Shown here: one piece after another, positions 27,775 through 36,307 of the stretch
How positions within the stretch are numbered: position 1 is the stretch's first letter
Layout: each line of letters starts with the position of its first letter
Origin: a bacterium
GTDB lineage: Bacteria; SAR324; XYD2-FULL-50-16; G965216635
DNA: 64,000 bases
Assembly (NCBI GenBank): GCA_965216635.1
Contig: OZ244188.1
Coordinates: forward strand, 1,664,001-1,728,000
Direction of reading: 5' to 3'
The notes under the pieces: generated by a model
Told to the model about the DNA's origin: nothing
Database searches by the model: none
What the model saw: only the letters and a program-made list of their open reading frames with translations
Program-made: the position numbers and the translations under genes

Positions 27775-28983
27775 ATGAAAAAAAAACACTTATTTTTTGG
27801 GATTCTATCTTGTGTGGTTGTATTTTTCCTTGCAATGTCTATCGCTTCTGCAAGTGATTGGGATGATATTGTGAAAAAAAGTAAAGGACAGACTGTTTAT
27901 TGGAACGCTTGGGGCGGCGGAGCTACTTGGAATGCCTATATTGCTTGGGTAGGCAAAAGAGTCAAAGAAGAATACGACATAACACTCAAGCATGTGAAAC
28001 TTAAAGATACCGCAGATGCAGTCTCCAGAGTTTTAGCAGAAAAATCAGCTGGTAAAAACCAAAAAGGATCTGTTGATATGATTTGGATCAACGGTGAGAA
28101 TTTCACAACTATGAAGAAAAACGGCTTGCTGTACGGTCCCTTTTCAGAATCCTTACCCAATTACGCCAAAGTAGACTATAAAAACAAAGCCTCCATCGTA
28201 ACCGATTTTGGTGTGCTTGTAGATGGGTATGAATCTCCTTGGGGATTTTCTCAATTTGTTTTTTATTACGATAGTGCAGTCGTCAAACGACCTCCTAAAA
28301 CTATAAAGGCATTCTTAAAATATGCAAAGAAAAACAAAGGCAAAATCACTTTTCCAGCACCTCCTGATTTTATTGGCACAACCTTTTTGAAACATGTGCT
28401 GTATGAAACTATTGCTGATAAATCTCTGTTATCAAAGCCTGTTAGCGAAGCAGATTTTAAGAAACATACAAAAAAAATGTGGAAGTGGTTAGAAGACATC
28501 AAACCATACCTTTGGAGAGGAAGCAGAGCTTTCCCTAAAAATGATAGAGAATTGAGACAACTTCTTAATGATGGAGAAATTGATGTAGGTTTTTCTTTTG
28601 CTATAGGTTTTGCGGCTTCGCAAATTCTCAATGGTGATCTGCCAGAAACAGTGCGAACTTTTGTATTGAAAAACGGGACGATTAGTAACACTCACTTTGT
28701 GGCTATACCTTATAATTCTTCCAGTAAAGAAGCATCTCAGGTAGTAGCTAATTTTCTGATTTCTGTAGAAGCACAAGCAAGAAAATTGGATCCTAACCAC
28801 ATAGGAGACTACACTGTTTTAAATCCAAGAAAATTGAGTAGTGCGGAAAACAAGCTATTGAATGCTGTAGACATAGGAGAAGCGACTTTAAAACCAAACC
28901 AGTTAGGAAAGGCTTTATTGGAACCTCATACCAGTTGGGTCAAACCTTTGGAAACAGAATGGAAAGCAAGGTTCTTGCAATAG
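27775..28983 (+). CDS. ynjB: ABC transporter substrate-binding protein, YnjB family
   Basis: GQTVYWNAWGG, VDMIWINGENF, ESPWG, PPDFIGTTFLK, NTHFVAIPYN. Confidence 0.88.
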   Translation: MKKKHLFFGILSCVVVFFLAMSIASASDWDDIVKKSKGQTVYWNAWGGGATWNAYIAWVGKRVKEEYDITLKHVKLKDTADAVSRVLAEKSAGKNQKGSVDMIWINGENFTTMKKNGLLYGPFSESLPNYAKVDYKNKASIVTDFGVLVDGYESPWGFSQFVFYYDSAVVKRPPKTIKAFLKYAKKNKGKITFPAPPDFIGTTFLKHVLYETIADKSLLSKPVSEADFKKHTKKMWKWLEDIKPYLWRGSRAFPKNDRELRQLLNDGEIDVGFSFAIGFAASQILNGDLPETVRTFVLKNGTISNTHFVAIPYNSSSKEASQVVANFLISVEAQARKLDPNHIGDYTVLNPRKLSSAENKLLNAVDIGEATLKPNQLGKALLEPHTSWVKPLETEWKARFLQ

Positions 28984-29037
28984 AAAATTCTTACGATAGA
29001 CAAGAAGTTGGATTCACACTTTAAGACCTTTGAATAA

Positions 29038-30777
29038 ATGTTACCCTCAAAGGTCTCTAGTGTTTTTTTAAGAGCTGCTCCATACATCTGTTTAACTCTA
29101 CTTTTTATCCCCATTATAGCAGGAATAGTAGGTAGTCTGCTCCCTGCATTAGGTTATTTTCCCGCATTAGGCTCCACTGATTTTAGTTTTCAGTATTTTA
29201 TAAAATTTTTAGAATCTCCCGCAATCCGAGCCTCCATTTTTCTAAGTATTTGGATTGGCATTACTGCTACTATTCTTTCTTTTTTTATCGCTTTTTTTAT
29301 CCTAGTAGCCTTTTTTGAAAACCGTGGCTTAAAAGCTGTCCGTAGTAGTTGCATTCCTTTAATTGCCTTACCCCACTCAGCTTTATGTATAGCTTTGGTT
29401 TTTCTGCTTGTACCTAGTGGATTTTTAGCAAGAGTTTTTTCTCCCTGGTTGACTGGCTGGAAAAGACCACTAGATTTCCTTATCGCCCAAGATCCATGGG
29501 GCATTTCTATGATTTTTTCCCTTATTTGCAAAGAAACTCCTTTTTTAGTCTTGATCATGCTAGCTGCTTTAAGTCAAATAAAAGTTCACAAAATTTTAAC
29601 CGCCTTTCGTTCTATGGGTTATTATAAACTCACTATCTGGCTCAAATGTATCCTCCCTCAAATTTACCGCTCTATTCGTCTTCCTCTATACGCCATCTTG
29701 GTTTTTTCTGTTTCAGTTGTAGATGTAGCCTTGATCATAGGTCCCCAAATTCCTCCACCTTTAGCAGTTAGAATTGTAGAATGGTTCAATCATCCAGCTG
29801 ATTTAAACTACAAACTATCTGCTAGTGCAGCGTCTTTATTTTTACTTTTCCTTTGTATTTTACTAATTTTGTTGTGGGAACTCGCCATCAAAGGAATTTC
29901 TTTTTTTACTAGGCGATTTTTAAGCAATGGAAATAGAGGCAAAAAGTGGAAAATTTCTTTTACCTGTTTTAGAAGTTTTATTAGAGTCTTAAATTTATCT
30001 ATTTTGGTTGGATTTTTTGGTTTGTTTTTGTGGAGTTTTGCTCGTGTTTGGCGATTTCCTAGTATTTTTCCTACACAGTGGACAACCCGAAACTGGTTGA
30101 GAGGTGCAGATTTATTGCTGGAACTTTTTTATAATAGTTTATTTATCGGAGCCACAGTTTCTTTTATATCTATTGTTTTGGTTATTTTGTGTTTGGAAAG
30201 AGAGTTGCTTGGTTTTAAAAAAAACCGTCCTAAAAAATTCAGTTCACGGGGTCTTTTTTTAATTTATATTCCTCTTTTAATCCCCCAGTTGAGCACAATG
30301 TTTGGTTTTCAAATTTTTCTTGCTAAATTGAATTGGGAAGGAAATTTATGGATTGTGCTTTGGTCTCATTTGATTTTTGTATTACCCTACTGCTTTTTAG
30401 CTTTAGCAGATACTTATAGAAGTTTTGAAAATAGATACAAATTTGTAGCTCTAGGTTTAGGAGTCAGCCCTTTAAAATTTTTTTGGAAAGTGAAATTTAT
30501 ACTACTACTAGAACCTATTTTGTTAGTTTTTGCGATTGGATTTTCTGTGAGTATCGCCTTGTATATCCCTACTCTTTTTGCAGGAGCTGGTAGAATCAAC
30601 ACCATCACCACCGAAGCAGTTAGCCTTTCTTCTGGAGCAAACAGGAAAACAATCGGAGTTTATGCTATCTTGCAAATGTTACTGCCTTATTTAGTATTAT
30701 CTTCTGTCTTCTTTTTTAAAAATCTTCCTTTTTATTGGAAAAGATTTTATTATTTTTTGAGACCCCTTAAATTATGA
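29038..30777 (+). CDS. ynjC: ABC transporter permease, YnjC family
   Basis: GYFPALG, LPHSA, KETPFL, WSFARVWRFP, LYIPTLFAGAGR, TEAVSLSSG. Confidence 0.88.
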   Translation: MLPSKVSSVFLRAAPYICLTLLFIPIIAGIVGSLLPALGYFPALGSTDFSFQYFIKFLESPAIRASIFLSIWIGITATILSFFIAFFILVAFFENRGLKAVRSSCIPLIALPHSALCIALVFLLVPSGFLARVFSPWLTGWKRPLDFLIAQDPWGISMIFSLICKETPFLVLIMLAALSQIKVHKILTAFRSMGYYKLTIWLKCILPQIYRSIRLPLYAILVFSVSVVDVALIIGPQIPPPLAVRIVEWFNHPADLNYKLSASAASLFLLFLCILLILLWELAIKGISFFTRRFLSNGNRGKKWKISFTCFRSFIRVLNLSILVGFFGLFLWSFARVWRFPSIFPTQWTTRNWLRGADLLLELFYNSLFIGATVSFISIVLVILCLERELLGFKKNRPKKFSSRGLFLIYIPLLIPQLSTMFGFQIFLAKLNWEGNLWIVLWSHLIFVLPYCFLALADTYRSFENRYKFVALGLGVSPLKFFWKVKFILLLEPILLVFAIGFSVSIALYIPTLFAGAGRINTITTEAVSLSSGANRKTIGVYAILQMLLPYLVLSSVFFFKNLPFYWKRFYYFLRPLKL

Positions 30778-31415
30778 GTTTAATAGTTAAGTCCATCAAT
30801 ATTCGGTTTTTGAAAACCCAAGAAATTCTTATTAAAAATTTGACCTTTGAAGCGAAAAAAGGAAAGACCATAACCTTGATGGGAGCTAGCGGCTGTGGTA
30901 AATCTACTTTTTTGTCTTATATTTGCGGTAGTCTCTCTTCTAATTTTCAAGCAACTGGAAAAGTTTTTTTAAATTCTCGTTCTTTAAACGAACTAGAACC
31001 AGAAAAAAGAAAACTAGGAATTTTATACCAAGATCCTTTACTTTTTCCGCACCTAAATATTTTTGAAAACCTTGCTTTTGGAATTCCATCGGAGTATAAA
31101 TTTAAAGAAAAAAAAGAAAAAGTTTTAAAAGTTTTAGAAAAATTGGGCTTGTGTGGGTTTGAAAGAAGATTTCCAAACACACTCTCTGGAGGACAACAGG
31201 CTAGAATTGCGTTAATGCGAACCTTACTTTCGGAACCCAAAGCTCTTTTATTAGACGAACCTTTTTCTAAACTAGACGCTTCTTTAAAAGATAAAATAAG
31301 AAAACTTGTGTTTGCCTACGTCAAAGAAAATGAGTTACCCTCAGTTTTGGTAACCCACGACATCAAAGACTCCGAAGCTAGCGAAGGTGAAATAATAAAT
31401 TTAGAAGGGTTTTAG
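30774..31415 (+). CDS. ynjD: ABC transporter ATP-binding protein, YnjD family
   Basis: MGASGCGKST, QDPLLFPHL, LSGGQQARIALMR, LLDEPFSKLD. Confidence 0.9.
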   Translation: MSLIVKSINIRFLKTQEILIKNLTFEAKKGKTITLMGASGCGKSTFLSYICGSLSSNFQATGKVFLNSRSLNELEPEKRKLGILYQDPLLFPHLNIFENLAFGIPSEYKFKEKKEKVLKVLEKLGLCGFERRFPNTLSGGQQARIALMRTLLSEPKALLLDEPFSKLDASLKDKIRKLVFAYVKENELPSVLVTHDIKDSEASEGEIINLEGF

Positions 31416-31431
31416 AATTTTTTAACTATAA

Positions 31432-31650
31432 TAGACCTTTGAATTTGCCAAATAGGACAAAACCAGCTGTTTTGGCTAGATTTTGGTAAAGTCTATCTAG
31501 CAAAGGAAAAGTTCTCATTATGTTTTGTTTGACATCAATGCTATATTTGGCTAGACTTTGGTAAAGTCTAGCTAAACTAGACACAACCTAGACAAACTAG
31601 GAAAATGTTTTTTATAAACCTTTGAATTTCTTAGAAATTCAAAAGGCTAT
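31432..31650. repeat. Cluster of MITE termini and palindromes with a sigma70-like promoter upstream of a barrel gene
   Basis: TAGACCTTTGAATTTG at 31432; TAGA(T/C)TTTGGTAAAGTCTA twice (31477, 31552); TTGACA (31529)-N17-TAGACT (31552); mini-hairpin CCTTTGAATTTC-TTA-GAAATTCAAAAGG near 31619. Confidence 0.65.
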
Positions 31651-31672
31651 TTTAATTTAAACTAAAAAAATC

Positions 31673-32848
31673 ATGAAAATAATGAAAAAAAAGACGCTAA
31701 AAATAGCGTCAAATGCTTCCAATAGAGGATTCCATGGTAGCTTCCAGTGGGATTTCCGATGGAATAGGGTTCTATTGCTAGGTGTGATTTTGTTGAGTTT
31801 TCAGTTTGTAGGAAATCTACAGGCGCAGGACAGCCAAACAAGTAAAATTGGCAAAGGTGGTTGGTTTATTGGGCTGACTCCCTATGCACTAGGTCTTTCG
31901 GAGTCAAAGACTTCTGCTCGTATAAGTGCTACTCCTACAGGCGCCATAGTAGATAGTAGTGGTGCTGGATTTAGCTTTACTGCTGTAGCTCCTAGTGATG
32001 AAATAATTACTACTATTCCTGGTCAGACTGGTGCTCAAGCCCACGCACAAGCAACAGCCTTACGGCTTTGTGAGACTGGGGCTGCGAGCACAGACGGAAG
32101 CAGTACTGGTTTTAGTGGTCTCCGATTCGCCCTAGCTGATGGAATTTACAGTATCAGCAACCCTATTAATTATGATCCCATAGCCTGTAAAAGTCACTTT
32201 GCTACGCTTTTAGCCAATGCTATCCTAGTAGATGTGCCATTTAAATCAGAAACCTCAAAACCAGCGACAGCAAAATGGAGCGGTGCAGGGTTGCACTTTG
32301 GCTGGCAGTTTCCTGATGGAAATAGAGTAGGATTGCAGCTACACAACTGGAAAGGAGGGGATAGTGAAATAAGTAGCCAGATTGCGATGTATGATTATTT
32401 TTTTGCCAAAGGCTTTTATGCGGGAGTAGGAGCTGGAACTCTGCAACTCAAAGCACTAGGCAAAACACAAAGTCAAACAGCCCCAGCTGTGAATCTGGGT
32501 TGGCAGTATTCTATTAAAGAGAATCTCAAGCTGGAACTAGGCTACCTTCTTTTGAACGGTGAGGTAACAGTTAAAAAAGAAACCAGAGCAACCAGAAATG
32601 TAGTACTTTCCAGAGCAGTAGTTCCAGAACAAGTTGTATATTTAGGATTTGCACATAATACTAGTATTCCACATTATGAAATTTTTTGTGCTACTCCTCC
32701 TTGTTCTTTACTGGGCGACTATGGAGTAAAAGTTACTAGCGAGCCACTCACTCAGGAAATATCACAAGAACACGAAGTAATAGAAACCCAAGAAGTAACC
32801 GTCTCCAAACCATCTGTGATCTATATCCGCTTGAGCCTCAGCTTTTAG
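31673..32848 (+). CDS. Outer-membrane beta-barrel protein with two large variable inserts
   Basis: NLQA/QD cleavage site; GWFIGLTPYALG, GAGLHFGW, HNWKGGDSEISSQI, GFYAGVGAG, APAVNLGW; terminal IRLSLSF. Confidence 0.82.
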   Translation: MKIMKKKTLKIASNASNRGFHGSFQWDFRWNRVLLLGVILLSFQFVGNLQAQDSQTSKIGKGGWFIGLTPYALGLSESKTSARISATPTGAIVDSSGAGFSFTAVAPSDEIITTIPGQTGAQAHAQATALRLCETGAASTDGSSTGFSGLRFALADGIYSISNPINYDPIACKSHFATLLANAILVDVPFKSETSKPATAKWSGAGLHFGWQFPDGNRVGLQLHNWKGGDSEISSQIAMYDYFFAKGFYAGVGAGTLQLKALGKTQSQTAPAVNLGWQYSIKENLKLELGYLLLNGEVTVKKETRATRNVVLSRAVVPEQVVYLGFAHNTSIPHYEIFCATPPCSLLGDYGVKVTSEPLTQEISQEHEVIETQEVTVSKPSVIYIRLSLSF

Positions 32849-32865
32849 CATAAAATTCGTCTGGA

Positions 32866-32978
32866 GTTTCTTTTAAGGAGCTCCTTTTAAGAACGTTTTT
32901 TTTAAGAACGTTTCTTTTAAGAAGCTTCTTTTAAGAACGTTTCTTTTAAGGAGCTTCTTTTAAGAAGCTTCTTTTAAG
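32866..32978. repeat. Tandem array of about seven 14-15 bp self-complementary units
   Basis: Units AAGAAGCTTCTT / AAGGAGCTCCTT / AAGAACGTTTCTT joined by TT. Confidence 0.8.
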
Positions 32979-33051
32979 CCTATAAATAGTTTTAAAAGTT
33001 CAACTTGTTTTGGTTAAACTTTGACAAGCAAATTCAAAAGTCTATATATAA

Positions 33052-33396
33052 TAGACCTTTGAATTTGCGTTATGTGACGGCTAGGCAAGGCAAAAAAAAT
33101 TTTTAGCTCGCAGGAATATCGTAGTTAAAAACACTACAAAACTTGCATAATCTAAAAAAGAAATGCAAAAGCTCCAGTGGAGCTTTTGCTATAACCCTTA
33201 TGAAATAGATAGCAGTAAGAGAGTATTTCAAGAGTTAAAAATTTTTTTTAATGGCGTAGCAAAAAACACTACAAACCTTGCATACTCCAAAAAAGAAATG
33301 AAAAAGTGCCGAAAGGCACTTTTTCTATAGCCCATAAATAGTTTCAAGCAATAAGCTTGTTTTGGCTAAACTTTGGCAAGCAAATTCAAAAGTATA
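33052..33396. mobile_element. Long composite palindromic MITE-like element (an isolated right end sits just upstream at about 33005-33044)
   Basis: TAGACCTTTGAATTTGC ... GCAAATTCAAAAGTATA; contains two copies of the CACTACAAAACTTGCATA...AAAAAGAAATG-hairpin module. Confidence 0.78.
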
Positions 33397-33409
33397 TATA
33401 TAAATAAAA

Positions 33410-33727
33410 ATGGAAGTAATAGAAGGTCAAATCAGTATTCTTGAAGCACGAGACTGGATTAAAGAAGGTAGGAAGGCTTATCTCTTAGATTTAAGAGATA
33501 AGGCTAGCTTTGATAAATATAAAATAAAGCCATTTCAAAATATTGCTGCGGATAAGGTTAGCAAAATCATTTCTCAAATAGACACTGAAAATGCTATTTT
33601 GCTAATCTGCCAAGACGGAACAGAAAGCGTAAAAGCACAAAAAATCTTTTCTTCTTGTGGAATTCAATCCTATGTTGTGCGTGGCGGAATCAATTACTGG
33701 CAAAAAGTCTTTGACACAGAAGACTAG
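33410..33727 (+). CDS. Rhodanese-like domain protein
   Basis: LLDLR, LLICQDGTES, VRGGINYW. Confidence 0.85.
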   Translation: MEVIEGQISILEARDWIKEGRKAYLLDLRDKASFDKYKIKPFQNIAADKVSKIISQIDTENAILLICQDGTESVKAQKIFSSCGIQSYVVRGGINYWQKVFDTED

Positions 33728-33743
33728 TTTTGTCCGCAATTTT

Positions 33744-33811
33744 TGCTGGGCTAAACCAAATTCGTGTTTAAAGAATCATTCTTGACAAAATATAAAGAAT
33801 TTGTTAAAATA
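33744..33811 (+). promoter_or_regulatory. 68-bp segment with consensus promoter, duplicated at 34098-34165
   Basis: TTGACA (33782)-N17-TAAAAT (33805); the second copy has TTGCCA. Confidence 0.7.
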
Positions 33812-33865
33812 GATTTTTTGAAAACAGAACCACCATTGCATTGATACTCCTATAGACTATTAAAA

Positions 33866-34006
33866 ATGAAAACACAAGTGCACAAACAACCAAAAAAAAC
33901 TCCTCCTATGCGAGTTATTATGGAATACCCTTATAAAGGCACTTTTAGTAAGGCTAAAATAAGAAAAGCTGTTGAAAAAGTCATAAATGCCAGAACTAGT
34001 AAATAG
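33866..34006 (+). CDS. Small basic protein (46 aa), paralog A
   Basis: MKTQVHKQPKKTPPMRVIMEYPYKGTFSKAKIRKAVEKVINARTSK; protein-level conservation with 34196-34366, including synonymous differences. Confidence 0.65.
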   Translation: MKTQVHKQPKKTPPMRVIMEYPYKGTFSKAKIRKAVEKVINARTSK

Positions 34007-34125
34007 TGAAAGAAATTTATAATAAGAATGTTTTTATCAACTGTCCTTTTGATAAAAATTACAAACCTATCCATACCGCAATTATTTTCACAATCTCTGC
34101 TGGGCTAAACCAAATTCGTGTTTAA
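34006..34125 (+). pseudogene. 5' fragment of a VFINCPFD-motif protein (TIR / nucleoside-deoxyribosyltransferase-like fold suspected), truncated by the duplicated promoter segment
   Basis: GTG overlaps the previous TAG; (M)KEIYNKNVFINCPFDKNYKPIHTAIIFTI, then runs into the repeat and stops. Confidence 0.55.
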
Positions 34126-34195
34126 AGAATCATTCTTGCCAAAATATAAAGAATTTGTTAAAATAGAAAATTTTCAACCCTAAGAAATAACAACT

Positions 34196-34366
34196 ATGAT
34201 AGCGAAAAATATAACAACTATGGTAGAAAAAACTGACTCCTCCAATAAAATAAAAAAAGCTTCTTCTAAAAGAACCTTTATAGAATATCCTTACAAGGGT
34301 GCTATTAGCAGAGCTAAAATTAGAAAAGCAGTGTCAGAAGTTATTGCAGAAAGAGTGAATAAATAG
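34196..34366 (+). CDS. Small basic protein (56 aa), paralog B
   Basis: ...KRTFIEYPYKGAISRAKIRKAVSEVIAERVNK. Confidence 0.65.
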   Translation: MIAKNITTMVEKTDSSNKIKKASSKRTFIEYPYKGAISRAKIRKAVSEVIAERVNK

Positions 34367-34475
34367 AGTGGTAAAAGATGAGAGATAAAGATACTATAAA
34401 TTTTCAAGAAGAAGATCTTTACAAATTTTTATTAAAAATTGAAAAAATTAAAGAAGTATAATTTTCAAAGTATAA

Positions 34476-35438
34476 TCAAAAATAGCGGGAATAGTATTTT
34501 TGAATAAGCTCACCGTAAGGATCTATAATTCTAACTTCTGGCTCTAAAAAAATTTTAAATTTTTCCCAAACTGCTTTTTGGATTGCTAAAAAAGCTGTCT
34601 CTATATCTTTAAAACTAGCTCCTCCTAGGTTCACAAAAAAATTACTGTGCTTTTGGCTTACTTCTAGTTTTCCAAAAATCTTTCCTTTAAACCCACATTT
34701 TTCAATTAAGTCTGCTGCAAAGAATCCTTTAGGATTTTTAAAAACAGATCCCCAAGTGGATTGATGAATGGGTTGGCTGGCTTTTCTTTTTTTTAGGATC
34801 TTAGTTTGAATCTTTACAATATTCTCACTACTGTTGGGTTGAAATTGAAAAAGAGCTTCACAGATTATTTCTTTTTTTTTCATAAAATAGGAATAACGAT
34901 AAGCAAAATCTATCTCTTTACAAACTCCTATCTTAATATTTCCGTGAGAGTCTAAAGAGCTAACCTGTTTTAAAATTTGCCTTGTTTCTTTTCCATTAGC
35001 CCCAGCGTTCATAAAAACCAATCCTCCGACACTTGCTGGAATGCCTATCAAAAATTCTCCTCCTCCAAGTCCATTTTTTTTCAAATGTTGAGCTAACCCT
35101 GTAGTAGATACTCCAGCACCAACTGCGAGTTGGGAATTTTCTTTTTGTGTTATTTTTTTAAAGTCTTCTCCCAATAAAATCAAAAGACCATAAAATCCTT
35201 CATCGCTAAAAATGCTGTTACTTCCTTTTCCTAAAATGAAATAAGGAGTTTTATCTCGGTTACAAAAAACCAAAACTTTTCTTAATTCTTCGGTCGTATC
35301 TACCTTGAGTAAGTGATGCGCAAAACCCGAGCAACGAAAGGAAGTGTAGGCTACTAAAGGAGTGTGAAATAAAGGTTTATTCTTCCAGTCATTAGAGTTT
35401 AGAAATTGTTTTAATTTTGAAAATCTAGTCGCTGGCAT
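34476..35438 (-). CDS. murB: UDP-N-acetylenolpyruvoylglucosamine reductase
   Basis: LGKGSN, GIPASVGGLVFMNAGA, FAYRYS, GSVFKNP, KHSNFFVN, LEPEV. Confidence 0.95.
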   Translation of the reverse strand: MPATRFSKLKQFLNSNDWKNKPLFHTPLVAYTSFRCSGFAHHLLKVDTTEELRKVLVFCNRDKTPYFILGKGSNSIFSDEGFYGLLILLGEDFKKITQKENSQLAVGAGVSTTGLAQHLKKNGLGGGEFLIGIPASVGGLVFMNAGANGKETRQILKQVSSLDSHGNIKIGVCKEIDFAYRYSYFMKKKEIICEALFQFQPNSSENIVKIQTKILKKRKASQPIHQSTWGSVFKNPKGFFAADLIEKCGFKGKIFGKLEVSQKHSNFFVNLGGASFKDIETAFLAIQKAVWEKFKIFLEPEVRIIDPYGELIQKYYSRYF

Positions 35439-35450
35439 TTTTTCAATCTG

Positions 35451-35494
35451 GCATTTTATCTAGTTCAGGTATTTTATCTAGTTCTGGTATTTTA
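35451..35494. repeat. 18-bp tandem repeat (about 2.5 copies) upstream of murB
   Basis: GG(C/T)ATTTTATCTAGTTC(A/T) x2 + GGTATTTT. Confidence 0.65.
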
Positions 35495-35770
35495 TTAATG
35501 GTTTGATTTCTCAAAAGTTGGCAATTTGAGTAAATCAGCAGCGTAGTGTTGATAGTCAAATTCTTGGCTGACTACTAAATTATGGAAATGCTTGACGACT
35601 AGACTTGCCAGCATTGTGCGAATTTTTTTCATGGAAAAACCTTGCCCCAGAAGTCTTTCAATTGTTTGATTAACTTCGGGGGGATCTCCGCTTTCAATCT
35701 GCTGATCTATAGCTTTTTGAATACTGGAATTCAGTGTATGAATCAGCTCTTCTTTTTTGTCAGAATCCAT
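35495..35770 (-). CDS. Small helical hypothetical protein (DUF1841-like C-terminal pattern)
   Basis: AIDQQIESGDPPEVNQTIERL...FDYQHYAADLLKLP. Confidence 0.65.
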   Translation of the reverse strand: MDSDKKEELIHTLNSSIQKAIDQQIESGDPPEVNQTIERLLGQGFSMKKIRTMLASLVVKHFHNLVVSQEFDYQHYAADLLKLPTFEKSNH

Positions 35771-35783
35771 TTTTATAGAAAAG

Positions 35784-35857
35784 CATCCCCAAGGGGATTC
35801 GAACCCCTGTTGCCGCCGTGAAAGGGCGGTGTCCTAGGCCGACTAGACGATGGGGAC
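35784..35857 (-). tRNA. tRNA-Glu(TTC), CCA not encoded
   Basis: Reverse complement GTCCCCATCGTCTAGTCGGCCTAGGACACCGCCC-TTTCAC-GGCGGCAACAGGGGTTCGAATCCCCTTGGGGATG. Confidence 0.96.
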
Positions 35858-35859
35858 TA

Positions 35860-35932
35860 TGAGTCGGAGGGGATTCGAACCCCTGACCACCTGATTAAAA
35901 GTCAGGTGCTCTACCAGCTGAGCTACCGACCC
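35860..35932 (-). tRNA. tRNA-Lys(TTT), CCA not encoded
   Basis: Reverse complement GGGTCGGTAGCTCAGCTGGTAGAGCACCTGA-CTTTTAA-TCAGGTGGTCAGGGGTTCGAATCCCCTCCGACTCA. Confidence 0.96.
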
Positions 35933-35955
35933 GTCAATTATTGGTAAAACAAGAT

Positions 35956-36200
35956 GAGACTATTGTATTTGCATTCTGTTTAGCCTAAACAAGCTTATTG
36001 CTTGAAATAGGGATGGGCTGTAGTAAAAGAGCCACTGGCTCTTTTGCATTTCTTTTTTAAATTATGCAAGGTTTGTAGTGCCTGGTCACATTATTGTGGC
36101 ACTACGATATTCTCCTACGAGCTAAAAAATTTTTTCGCACCTGCTAACCATTTGGCTAGCCCCAATAGTGGGATAAGCATCAGCGAAATTCAAAAGTCTA
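35956..36200. mobile_element. Composite palindromic MITE-like element immediately upstream of the tRNA pair
   Basis: GAGACTATTGTATTTGC ... GAAATTCAAAAGTCTA; interior is nearly collinear with 6670-6941. Confidence 0.78.
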
Positions 36201-36307
36201 TACTAATTGTTTTTTTTCTTTTTTGCAATTTTTTTTCCAAACATTTTTTTGGGGATATTTTTTTGGGGACATTTTTTCTTTAAGAAAATTTTAAATAATA
36301 TAAATCA

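Noticed and set aside
35784..36300. Prophage or genomic island integrated at the tRNAs
   Set aside because: No integrase and no duplicated tRNA 3' end found; the flanking genes are housekeeping.
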